Source of the DNA: Podarcis liolepis
Taxonomy: Eukaryota
DNA length: 64,000 nucleotides
Assembly: GCA_965112155.1 (NCBI GenBank)
Contig: OZ218105.1
Direction: 5' to 3' (one strand)
The notes beneath the pieces are model-generated. The model did not search any database. It was given only the letters and a program-made list of their open reading frames with translations, and was not told the origin of the DNA. Position 1 is the first letter of the stretch; each line of letters begins with the position of its first letter. The translations under genes were made by a program, and so were the position numbers. Shown one piece after another: positions 37,907 through 50,907 of this stretch.

Positions 37907-40900
37907 ATCTTTTCCCAGTGATTTTTCTTCCCCAATTCATGACATGACATAGTAGTATTTTAAAGTAATAACTCAGACCATATTCTCATACAGGTTTTCT
38001 GAATAAGCCTGTTGGAAAGTGTTATCTGTTCACCATTACAATAGGTTAAAAGGAATCAGCTTCAAATTAATATTTGCAGCAAAGAAAAAGCAGTAATGAA
38101 TTTATAGCACTATTTCCACTATTTCTTTAGGAAAAATCAGAATAGCAGACTGCAGTATGAGAATGCTATCGTTGATTATAATAAAACACTTTTAAACAAA
38201 TTAGAAAAATATTGTATTAGGTATTTACAGGCATCTTAGACTGTGTGTGGAAAGCCTAGAACCGTGTCTGAAAATTGTCTTTATCTTTACATAATTTCAC
38301 TGAAAATAGTGCCACATCTCAAGTCCTATATTGTCACCTTATGCCCACATGATTTCTGGTCTGTTTGTGTAGCTTTCTCCTTCAACAGTTGTACTGTGTC
38401 AGTATTTACCTTTGCCATTTTCCCCACCTGCCCATTTGTCCAGTTATGATAGACACTTTGCTGATTTCATTTACTTGGTGGTGTGTGCTTTTGACCTTAT
38501 ACAACACTCCAGCTACTTAACAATCTCACAGATATGGGTCATCCCCTCTACATATGCAAATAATATGGAGACCCCTATTTTGCCGGGGGATGGGATAGGA
38601 CAACCAGAATTCTACTCAGAAATCTCTACAGTCCTTTCAGTATTTTAGAAAGTTACATGTGGTCTCCAACTGTCAATGCAACTTCATTTAATCAAGGAAC
38701 AAAACTGCATACATAAGCCCTGGGTGTTATATGCTGGACCTCAAATGTTCTGAGCTTTCCCCTCCATTTTGAAACTTCTTTTTCTTTGTTTCCTGAGCAC
38801 ACTGCAATTGTCAGTAATGGGCCTGTGCCCTAATTCCTTCCAGCAGCTAGCACCAACCCTGCCAAGAACATTCCTCCATCCTCATATCTGCCCTACTGGC
38901 CATGAGCCCAGCAGGGAGTTGGAGGGGGTTGTTCATTGCAGGCTTAAGGAACTCAAGTACCTGCTAAGATATCCCACAATGCTATGATCAGAAATACAAT
39001 TGTCCATCTATTCATGCATTCATGCCATGTAAGTATCATAGCTAACATGTTGGTAGAGGAGTTCGAGAATTCAACATGCTTCATGTATATTGAGCTGGTC
39101 TCATGTGAAAAACTGTGAACCAGGAATTCCATGGTATGAATTTTGCCTCTGACAGGAACTCACTAATATAAGAATTCTAAGATAATGTGTCAAATCCAGA
39201 CTCCATCATACTTAGAGTAGCCCCACTTAAACAAATTTGACTTAAATTAGTCTTGTTTGACTAATTGATCCAAGGATAACTAATTCTGAATTTGACCCAT
39301 TATATGCAATGCCCTTTGAAACTTATAAATATCATATACACAGTATCATTATTATTGTCTATATCATGAGGCAGAAATACATGACGCAGGCAGTGCAATC
39401 TGGCCGGTAGCATTATTGAAAAAACTGTCATGGAAATTGAAGAAAGCAAGAGGCCAGGGGAAATATGATAACTTTTATGCAGTCTTGGATGACTTTATAG
39501 ATTATACAAACAATGAGGCATGTGGCAGAACAGTGCCTTGGCATAGCTGTCAACTTTTCCCTTTGCTTGCGAGGAATCCTATTCGGAATAAGGGAATTTC
39601 CCTTGAAAAAATGGAAACGTTGACAGCTATGTGCCTTGGCCTACAGCACAGTTTGGTGTGCATGAAGCACATATTTTATTTTATTTTTCCTCCTTCCTTC
39701 TTGCCTTTGAATAATCCCTGCAGACCAACACTGCTGCTGATACAATATATATTTGTGATCAACAGTCAAAGAGATGGAGGTTATTACGTACCATTTTGTT
39801 TTTGTTAAGATTGAAATGATTTTAGAATATACACTTTACAAAGCTCTGTGGAGTATTTGAAGATAACTCTCTGACTGTATGTAATTCTTTTATTTTTGTT
39901 TTAAATAAAATTTAAAAATAAATAAATGCACAACGCATGTATTTAAGAAAATGTTCCACATTATCTGTCCGCCTGTCTGTCTCTCAGACAGTTGTTTAGA
40001 AAGAGCTTTGATGCAATGTCGTTTCACTTAAAGGAATATAGGGGCTGGAAATATCCACAATCGACTCATTTATTTACAAGTCTGATCTGATTTCTACCAA
40101 GTTGAAGGCCTTCCTTGCTAGTCACATTTAATTGGTGACCCCATCTTGACTTAAGATTGGGATCAGTACTGAAACTGGTATTTGCTCTTCACTCAATTTT
40201 GTGTAGAGGAGGACATTTAAACACCAGGAGCTGGTAAATCTTAGGTATGAGATAATTAGTTCTCCTTTCCAGATCCACCCAAGCTAGTAAAGACGCTATG
40301 AAGCTAAGCATCCTTTTATGCCATGTTGTGCCCACTCTAGGTTCCTTAGGTTTCTAATCTACATAGAACATGTGCATTGTGGGCTATTTAAATGGAATAC
40401 TGGTATCTAGATGTAGCAAGGCTTTAAATCTCCACACTCTGAATTTTAATACTGAATTCCAGTATTAAAATTAGAAAAATGTGTGGACTAAACTAATTTG
40501 GATGTCATTAGTTTGATAAGGCAATTCAATCAGATGTTTCTGGAACTTTCCTCTTCATTGAATGAAACAGGGAAGCTCTAGATCTGAACTATGTATAAAT
40601 ACTTTATACAATGATGTTTAATGTGAATTGTAGGCAGCAATTCATTGTATAATTTCTAAGTGAAATTATATAAACAGAATAATTCACACTCATAACTTAG
40701 ATTCAAACAATCTACTGAAGTTCATGGTAGCTGCAGTTCATTAAACTGAAAACTCACACAGTATAAATTAACAAATTTATAATTAATTTGATTTTATGGA
40801 GAAGGAAGTAAAGCATAATTTACAGACACCTCTCAAAAGTATATGTCTTTAAAATCTATTGCTTAAAAAAATTGCTAGTAATACTAATAACAGTGACAGT

Positions 40901-41310
40901 ATTTTCTGCTATATAGCAAGGTGCCCTCCTATGATTCTACAGCCAAAATTTCTGCCCCCCCCCAAGCCAAGTAATGTGAAAAACAAAGTTCTTTCCCTCA
41001 CTTTATTTAATTTAATAAAAGTAGTTGAAGGTCAACTCCTCAAAATACTAGTTGTTCAAATGACAACAAGATAAGTTCTACCAGATGGTTTCAAGGGCAT
41101 GGCTCGAAGCTGTAATGTGTAGCTTCCCCATGGAGTGAAAAGGACGCATCCTGATTCATGAAAGCCAAATGATGTAAGAGCCAAACTATTCATTTATATG
41201 ATGAAAAACAAAAAGGCAGTCACATTAACTGGATAAAAAGCACTCTGACAATGTCACTAATGGCAAAGAATAATAGATAATGTCATTTAATTTCAGAAAA
41301 CAAACCTTAC

Positions 41311-43731
41311 CTGTTCTCCATTATCTACTGCAGAATCAAAATTGTTCCCTACATTGCCTGTAAAAGGCACAGCAGGTTTCTCACTGCTAACAATATTGTC
41401 TACCATCTGAACATTGGGTGTCAGGAAGGCAAACTCATTCTTCCTGGTCTCAGAAGACAGACACAGCTGGTAGGAATAGGGCAAAGTCCCATCTTCAAAG
41501 TTGGGTGGGAAGATGGCACCATTCTTGGAATGGGGAACAGGACCAAAGCACTGTAGGAACCTGGGATGCCCTGATTGACGGAGCTTCATTGTAACGGCCA
41601 GAATCACAGTCAAGAGGAACAAGAAGGAGATCACAGCTAAGGCCAGCACCAAGTAGAACTGCAGGTCAGACTGATACTCTGAGCTGCTGGGTTGGCTCTT
41701 CATTTCCGGAAGGGCCTCCTGAAAGTTCTCAGCAAACACCAGGTTCAGAGTCATGGTGGCCGAGAGAGACGGCTGCCCATTATCCTTCACCAGAATGACC
41801 AGTCTTTGTTTCACAGCGTCTCTCTCCACAAAGGCCCTGGCGGTCCTGATCTCTCCAGTGTGAGAACCAACAGTGAAGAGTGCCGGCTCAGTGGCCTGAG
41901 TCAGGTGGTAGGAGAGCCAGGCGTTGTGTCCAGAATCTGCATCCACGGCCACCACCTTGGTGACAAGATAATCTGCCTCGGCCGAACGAGGCACCATCTC
42001 AAACAAGGCTGAGCCCTTGGCTTCTTGTGAGGGGGACAGGATACGAGGGCTGTTATCATTTCTGTCAAGAACAAACACCCTGACGGTCACATTGCTGCTG
42101 AGAGGGGGAGAACCCCCATCTTGGGCCTTCACTTGCAGCCGGAACTCTCTGAATTGTTCATAGTCAAAGGATCTCTGGGCATAGATGGTGCCAGTCTCAG
42201 AATTAATGGAGATATAGGAGGAGATGGGAAGCTCCTCGATGTTGCTGTTGAGGATGGAGTATGTGATCCGTGAGTTCTGGTCCACATCGGGATCAGAGGC
42301 TTTGATGGTGAAAATGGAGGCACCTGAAGGATTGTTTTCTGGCACGTAGATGCTGTAGATTGATCTCTGAAAAGCAGGGGCATTATCATTGATATCTGAG
42401 ATCTGTAGTGAGATTGTTTTGTGTGTGGAAAGAGGTGGAGTTCCTTTATCAGTGGCTGTGATTGTAATATTATATGCAGGAGCTATTTCCGTATCCAGAG
42501 GACTGTCGGTCTGGAGCTTGAAGTAATTGTTAGATGAGGGAAGAATTTTGAAGGGTAAATTATCGTTTAAGTAGCAAGTAACCTTCCCATTATCTCCACT
42601 ATCTTTGTCATTCACATTGATCAGTGCAATGATTGTTCCTGGAAGAGAATTTTCAGGAACAGGGCTGAACATGGAGGCTAATGTCACATCCGGGGCATTA
42701 TCATTCTCATCATGAACCCTTATCTCAATATTAGAATGTGTCACCAATCCACCACCATCTTTTGCAGCAACTGTCATAGTATATTCATCATCGTCCTCAA
42801 AATCCAGTTCCTCCAGAAGAGTGATTCTACCACTGATGGGATCCAGCCTGAATTTCTGTTCAGCAGTTGCCGGTATGTTGCTAAAATGATACCTGATTTG
42901 GGCATTTGTACCTTCATCCTTATCAGAGGCTGCAACCTGGAGAACAAGTGACCCAACAGGAACATTTTCAGATAAGCTGACCTTGTACACCTCTTGAGTG
43001 AAAACAGGTGGGTTGTCATTGGCATCAGTAACATTAATCTGTATCTGGGCCGTCCCAGTTTTCCTAGGCTCACCCCCATCCATAGCAGTAAGAACCAAGT
43101 GAAGGGTCTGTTCACTTTCCCGATCAAGAGGTTTCTGTAGCACCAGTTCTGCATATTTATTTCCATCTTTTCTCTCTCTCACTTCCAAATTGAAATACTG
43201 ATTGGAGCTCAGCTGGTAATCCTGGAGAGAGTTCATCCCAATGTCAGGATCTTCCGCTTTCCCAAGGAGAAAGCGGGCCCCAGGCAAGGTTAGTTCGCCT
43301 GTCTCCAGGTTGATGTTGCCATTGAGGAATTGTGGTGCATTATCATTAACATCCTGTATTTCCACTAGTACATGGAAAATATTCAAAGGGTTTTCCACCA
43401 CAACTTCAAAATTAACAAAGCAATTTGGATTTTTGCCACATATCCCCTCCCTATCAATCCTGTCATTTACATAGAGGTTTCCATTCTCTGCATTGATACT
43501 GAAATGCTGCATTTTAGCCACAGACACAGTGTGCAGATTGCGATGTTTTAGTTCTTTGGCGCTCAGTCCCAGGTCCTTGGCGAGGTTCCCCACAACGGAA
43601 CCCTTTGCCATCTCCTCAGGGGTTGAATAATGAATCTGCTCTGATGCAGCCCAACAGGTAAAAGACAAGAGAGAGAGAAGCAGTACTTGCCTTGTGAGTG
43701 CCCTGCCATTCCCTGGGTGCCTTCTCTCCAT
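41311..43731 (-). CDS. PCDHGB: Protocadherin gamma-B-like variable exon, class Y (Y3; 807 codons)
   Basis: Intact ORF; donor CAG|GTAAGG at 41311/41310. Confidence 0.92.
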
Positions 43732-44001
43732 CTGGCTGGTTCTCTCAAAAACAGGCTGCTTCCTTTTCTCAGTTTCCTATGCTCAAGCTCTCACAGTGAT
43801 GAAGGAAACAACATGAGGTATCACTGAAGAAGAATAAACTGCCCTTGTTCTCATATGTGTGCAAAGCAAAAGAGATTTTTCCTTCTCTGCACGAGTTCCG
43901 TCACTGTGCTCTTCAGCTGGCCTGATCTGAATAGCAGGGATGGGAGTTACTGCAGTCTAGGAAGCATCAATGGATGTCTATCCTCTCTCTGGCTCTCATA
44001 C

Positions 44002-44042
44002 TGGCCAACACTGACACTTAGAGGACCACTCGAGGAACTGCA
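44002..44042 (-). promoter_or_regulatory. CSE/CTCF-like element of Y3 (CAGT core)
   Basis: As Y1, with one spacer substitution. Confidence 0.75.
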
Positions 44043-44873
44043 TTTTGTTCTATGAAAATAGACAGAGGTGAATAAATGCAGGTGTTTCTCCAGCACATAC
44101 TGTACCTTCCTTTCTGCTCACTGAGTGGAGCATTTGAGAAGGCTTTTCCTTGGTGTTCTTTCTTAGTGTACAGCTACTCTAATTTATGTTCGTGGCGTTT
44201 CAGTACTGTGAAAATTGGGTTCATATCTGATACTGCAATTACATGAAGGTTATACACATCTTCATTTTTTTTGAAACATGGAAACACTATTATTAATACA
44301 TAAATATCCAGTTACATAGTAAAACTTTATCTTAAAATTAATGTATTACGATAATAGTTACGCTATAGTAGCACAAGAGCTGTAAGTCAACTGTATTTTT
44401 GTTGTTGTTGCTTAAATAGAATATAAACACCCTATTGAAATTATTCTCTTTTTTTATCTCTCCTAAGTTGTTGGATGTCTGTTCATCGACATTTATGGAA
44501 CAGAGTACAAGTTCTTCTCAGTGTTGGGTAGGAATTCCAAGAGTAATGTAATAAAAGTGTAAAGGACCCCTGGATAGTTAAGTTCAGTCAAAGGCGACTA
44601 TGGGGTGGCGGCGCTCATCTCTCTTTCAGGCCGAGGGAGCCGGCATTTGTCCACAGACAGCTTTCCAGGTCATGTGGCCAGCATGACTAAACAGCTTTTG
44701 GCACAACGGAACACCTTGACGGAAGCTAGGCATGATCCAACAGGATAAAATGTTTGTTGGCACTTTACATGTGAGCTCATATCATGATAATAGCATCATG
44801 AAGTTTGGGAACTGAGAACAGTGGAGAGACAAGAGGTGTTAGAAGAAATCAATAGTGTCTAATTGAAAGAGTA

Positions 44874-45217
44874 CAGTGGTGCCTCGCAAGACGAAATTAA
44901 TTCGTTCCGTGAGTTTTTTCGTCTAGCAATTTTTCGTCTTGCGAAGCACGGTGTCGGAAAAGTTTTGGAAAAGCTTCAAAAATCACCAAAAACCTCAAAA
45001 AAGGCTACCACACCGCGTTCTATGAGTTGCTCCTCGAAGTCAAGTCGCAACTGTATTAACAGTGTTAAGAAAAAGGAAACAAACTTGCAAGACGTTTTCG
45101 TCTTGCGAAGCAAGCCCATAGGGAAATTCGTCTTGCGAAGCAGCTCAAAAACCGCAAAACCCTTTCGTCTAGCGAGTTTTTCGTCTTGTGAGGCATTCGT
45201 CTTGCGGGGCACCACTG
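44874..45217. mobile_element. Young Tc1/mariner(pogo/Tigger)-type MITE, 344 bp, TA target duplication
   Basis: TIRs CAGTGGTGCCTCGCAAGACGAA / TTCGTCTTGCGGGGCACCACTG flanked by TA; empty sites in paralogues at 33091 and 58708. Confidence 0.93.
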
Positions 45218-47370
45218 TATATGATAAAGGTTTTATTAGAAACTAACTAAAGTAATTTACTTTCAGTTTGTACGCATTAAAGGTAATATTGCTTTATAGA
45301 ATATTGCTTTATAGAAGATAACATTGCTTTACAGAACAGCCTTTATTGCTCCATAGAACAGCCTCCAGGACCATAAACCCAATCTGGAGATGTGTATGCT
45401 ATTCAAATATTTTTGCCTGCCATATATCCCCTTGAAACTGGAACCCCACGGAACGGAATTGACATTTCCAAGTGATCACAACCAGAGTGCTGCCTAATTT
45501 TCAACATGCTTCTAGTTTTTCATCTGCTAGTCTATCACACAGAAACATTGCACACAATTCTATTTCATAAAAACATAAGAAGAGCCCTGCTGGATCAGGC
45601 CAGAGCTCTATTGAGTCCAGCATCCTTTTCCCACTGTGGCCAACCAGATGCCCCTCAAAAGCTCTGCCCTTGGTCCTCATTCAGAGGTGTCTGGTACTAG
45701 ACATAATATAGCCAACATGACAATGATTTGTTCTAATCCCCCTTTAAAACCACCCAAGTAGGTGACCATCGTTGCATCTTGTGATAGTGATTTCCATTGT
45801 TTGTTTGTTTAAATAAGTAAATTATTTAGAAATGGTTTATATAAAAACAAAATGGCTAGGCATACAATTATCATTAAATTCCTATTATGAAATCAAATAA
45901 AGCATATAGCCTTCATAAAGATCCAAATAAAGTATGTGGGTCTGTGTTATCTTGAACTTCATTGCAACAATAAATTATGAAAAAACACACAGAAAGTTAT
46001 CAGACTGCCTCCCCTCCCTGACTCTTAGTTGTATCATTGATAAAATATTCCATGCTGTAGTAATCCATTCCCCTAAAGTTGGTGTTCTTAGCCCCTGCTA
46101 AGACAAATAGTTGCTCTGGATACAGACACTAACTGTTGGAGTAATTATCTGTCTTCTGTTGTACTAAATCCTTAAAATAACTAGATAAATCAATGAGAGA
46201 ATCCATTGGCAAAGTGCATCCTGTAATTATTTCATTTTCTCTTATTACATCCACCCACAAATTCTTAATTTGGGACATGCCTCCCAAATCTGTTGCATCC
46301 TAGCATTGGTTGAATTGTACCTCCAACATAATTATTTGCTGTGCTATAAATTTGACGAAACTGTGGGAGGCAGTGGAAGGCAGGAGTGCCTGGCGTGCTC
46401 TGCTCCATGGGGTCACAGCAAGTAAGACACGACTAAACAACTAAACAACAACCACCAAAATGTGACGAAGCCACAGTAGTGTCGTGTACCATAAAAAAAT
46501 AAACATATATAAGTGTTTCTTAAGATTCACACTAATTGTTTGCTGCCATATCCATTTTCACTGATCCAATGTCCCAAACGTCTGTGGCAATTACTTTGTT
46601 GCATTTAGTTGTCAACAAGGAATTCCATAGTTTATCTATGCATTGTATAAAGAAGTACTTCCTTTTATCTGTTCTGAATTTCCCAATGTTCAGCTTCATC
46701 CAGGCTCCAGTAGTATGAGGGGGGGGGATCTCTCTATTCATTTTCTCAACCTCATTCATAATTCTATACAGCTGTCTCACTTCCCTTCTTGTATTTTATC
46801 CAAACTAAATATCCCTACAGAAGTTGTTGCACCCATGGATCATTTGGGATGCCTTTTTCTGTACTTGCTGTATTTCACACGACTTCTTTTTATGAATCCT
46901 CCAGAGAAGCCACACACAGTCCAAAATTATAATACAAATAAATAGGAAGCATTCATGTTCTATGCATTCTTCAGTTAAGCTGATGATAACAGGACAAATA
47001 AACTGTGCTTTGTGTGAGTGAAAAAGTACAAATCCATATTTTTAATTGATGAGGGGTGTATAAATAACTATATATTTATGGTGACATGCTAATACACCAC
47101 AGGAAGATTGAATACTCAAGCTGTATGCATGCCTACATTTCCTTTAATTCCTGAGATGAAGACTCACTCTGTCATTATTCTATGATTCAGAATTTATGCT
47201 GCGTCTACCATTGCAATTTAAAAGCTACTTGCAGGAAAAGTTCTTCACAATCAGAACAACTGATGCCAATACTGTGATTTGATTTTGCTGACACCATTTT
47301 ATAGTAAAACAAAATAAAAATATTAGTTCTATTCCTATAAGGTAAGGCCATTTCTGAAAGCAAAACTTAC

Positions 47371-49800
47371 CTGCTCACCAAACTCCTCTTTGGCATTGGC
47401 ATCCCCACAGTTGCCATCCACAAGAACCACCTGAGAGCTATCATTGCATAGCAAGTTTTCTGCCACCTGGATATGGGGTTTCGGGAAAGAGATCTGCTCT
47501 TTCCTCATCTCTGACGATAGACAGAGTTGGTAGGAATAAGGTAAAGTTCCTTCTTCATAGTTTGGTGGAAATATGACCTGCGCCTTAGAAAAAGCATTAG
47601 GTTCAAAGCATTGGAATAATTTGGGATTTCCTGATTGTCGAAGTTTCATGACAATGACCAGTATCACCGTCAGGAGGAATAAAAATGAGATCAATGCCAA
47701 AGCCAGCACCAAGTAAAACTGGAGATCAGAATGATGCTCTGTGTCACTGGATTGCCTAGTCATTTCTGGAAGTGCCTCTTGGAAGTTCTCTGCAATCACA
47801 AGGTTGAGGACCACAGTAGCTGAGAGCGGAGCCTTCCCATTGTCCTTCACCAAGATGACCAGCTTCTGTTTCACAGCATCTTTCTCCAGAAGGGCTCGTG
47901 ACGTCCTGATCTCTCCCGTATGGGTCCCAATGGTGAAGAGGGCCGGCTCTGTGGCCTGCAGCACTTGGTAGGAGAGCCAGGCATTGTGCCCAGAGTCAGC
48001 GTCCACAGCCACCACTTTGGTCACGAGGTAGCCTGGCTCTGCCGAGTGAGGAACCATCTCAAACAAGGCAGAGCCCTCAACACCCGGGACAGGATACAGA
48101 ACGCGAGGGCTGTTATCGTTCTGATCCAAAATGTACACCCACACGGTGGCGTTGTTGCTGAGAGAGGGAGAGCCGCCATCTTGGGCTTTCACTTGGATCT
48201 GAAACTCCCTGAACTGCTCATAGTCAAAGGAGCGCTGTGCATAGATAGTTCCCGTCTCAGAGTTGATGGAGACGTAAGAGGAGAGAGGCAGCTCCTCCAT
48301 GTTGCTGTTGAGGATGGAGTAAGTGATACGTGAGTTGCGGTCCAGATCCGGATCCGAAGCTTTGATGGAGAAAATGGAGGCACCTGAGGGATTGTTTTCA
48401 GGCACAAAGACACTGTAGGTTGATTTTTCAAAGGCAGGGGGGTTGTCATTGATATCTGAAATCTGCAGGGAGATGGTTTTGTTGGAGGAGAGAGGGGGGC
48501 TACCTTTGTCGGTGGCCGTGATTGTGATGTTGTATCCTGAGGCTTTTTCTCTGTCCAAAGGACTGTCTGTGAGGATTTTATAGTAGTTCTTTGAAGTTGA
48601 CACTATTTGAAATGGTACATTACCTTGTAGATGGCATGTAAGTTTTCCATTTTCTCCAGAATCTTTATCCTTTACGTTGATGAGAGCAATTAGTGTTCCA
48701 GAAGCAGAGTCTTCAGGAACTGGACTAGATAAGGAGGCCAGAATGATCTCTGGAGCATTGTCATTCTCATCTAGAATCTTTATATTGACATTACAGTGAG
48801 CCACTAATCCTCCTCCATCTCTTGCTTCAACCGTCATAGTGTACTTCTCTGTTTCCTCAAAGTCAAGAGCTTCCTTAATTGTAATTGTTCCATTTTGTGG
48901 AAATAGGTCAAATTTTTGGTAGGCTCTTTTAGGAATATTACTAAATGTATAATGAATTTGGGCATTCAGACCTTCATCTCTATCAGAGGCTTTTACTTGC
49001 AGTATGGGGGACCCCACAGGAGAATTTTCCCTCAGGCTAACTGTATAAACCTCTTGAGTGAAGACTGGTGGGTTGTCATTGGCATCTGTGACATTAATCC
49101 ATATCTGGGCAGTCCCAGTTTTTCTGGGTTCACCCCCATCCAGGGCCGTAAGGATCAACTGAAGGGAGTGATCACTTTCCCGATCCAAAGATTTTTGCAA
49201 CACCAATTCTGCATATTTATGGCCATCTTCTCCCTGTCGAATCTCTAGAATGAAATAGTGATTTGGACTTAGCTGGTAATTCTGGAGAGTATTAGTCCCA
49301 ATATCAGGATCTTCCGCTTTCCCAGTATGAAATCTTGTACCTGGTAATGTGGATTCAACAATTTCAAGCCTCATGATTTCATTTAAGAACTGTGGCATAT
49401 TATCATTAATGTCCTGAATTGCTACAATAATATGGAAAACATTCAAAGGATTTTCAACCACAGCTTCAAAATTAATCAGACAGTGTACACTCTCCCCACA
49501 TATTTCCTCACGATCTATCCTTTCATTTACATACAGGTTTCCATTTTGTGCACTGATAGTGAAATATGGCTTTTTACCTTCAGAAAGGATATGCAGGTTT
49601 CTGCTCTTCAGTTCTCTGGCATTCAGTCCTAGATCCTTGGCAAGATTTCCCACCAAAGACCCCTTTGCCATCTCCTCAGGGATGGAATAGTGAACCTCTT
49701 CCAAAACTGCTCCACAAAACAAAGATGATAATATCAGAAGTGTTATATACCTTCCTGATTTTTGAAAGCTCTCTCCATGAAGGATTCCTCTCATATTCAT
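47371..49800 (-). CDS. PCDHGB: Protocadherin gamma-B-like variable exon, class X (X4; 810 codons)
   Basis: Intact ORF; ATG 49800; donor CAG|GTAAGT at 47371/47370. Confidence 0.92.
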
Positions 49801-50046
49801 TTTCCTCTTCTCTTTGATGAGCACAGGATTTCAGATTTCCACCAAGACAGGAGATTTTTTTGCCCAGTAAAAAAAGAACTGGATCCTTTGGCTTAATTTG
49901 TATATGCTGTAGTGTTTTCTTTTTCCTTTTTCCAGCTGAAACGTTTGTTCCAGCGTCTGCTGGTATTCCCGATGTGCAGTTTGGGACAAAGAGATCTCTC
50001 TGCAGAAAGCATCAGTGGAACTTCAGCTGCCCTTGGATTGCCGTCT

Positions 50047-50087
50047 TGTCCAACAGTGACACTGTGAGTCTGAAGCAGAGAACTGCA
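50047..50087 (-). promoter_or_regulatory. CSE/CTCF-like element of X4 (CACT core)
   Basis: Identical to the X1/X2 element. Confidence 0.75.
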
Positions 50088-50854
50088 ATTTTTCCCCAGT
50101 GATTTTTCTCCCCAATACATGTCACACAAGGTCTCTGTTGGTGTTCATATGTGATGGCTCAAGACAGGCTTTTAAACAGAATATGTGATCCTTCTTTACT
50201 AGCTTTAATTTTCACCCCAATCTTGATATTTTGCAGGTTAATTTTTTACTCTACGTTTATAGAGATATTTACACTTATTTCCAAGTTTATTAATTTGCAG
50301 TGCTGCTGACAAAAATGGAATTACAGGCTGCACAATTAAACATTATCATTTATAGTATGGGACTATTTAGAAATTGAGGAAAATGTATTATTGCCTATAG
50401 TTAGGCCTTCACATGAAGCTTAGAAACAAGAATGTCTGCTTTTAGAGGTATATATCTTCTTGTGTTTGAGTGTATATCCTAAGGAAGCATCTTGTATTAC
50501 ATTGCTTATCACTGAAATTAGTCCCACATCTCATGCTTAGTTTTGTCATCTCACCTCGTATTAGCGCTCATAATATTGGTCTATTTGTGTAGACAACCCC
50601 TTCAATAGATTTATTTAGCAGCTCTCAACTTTGCCATTGTTCCCCCCACATTCATGTGCTCCAGTAATTCAGTCACGGTAGATAGCTTTCCAATTTCTAG
50701 TGTTAATTTAATTTACTATGTGTGTTTCTGACCTTGCACATCTACTTCACAGTCTCACAGGTATGGCTCATCACCCTCTTCTTTACACAGAACAATAACA
50801 TTATAGGTTTTTTGTAAGCCAATAGTATGTAAGGGATCCTGAGTATGCAGCTTG

Positions 50855-50856
<2 letters not shown>

Positions 50857-50904
<48 letters not shown>
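50857..50904. repeat. (CA)n microsatellite
   Basis: Direct reading. Confidence 0.95.

Positions 50905-50907
<3 letters not shown>

Noticed and set aside
44863-45246. 127-aa ORF over the MITE as a possible transposase
   Set aside because: Non-ATG start, too short, no DDE/D or HTH features; the element is non-autonomous.
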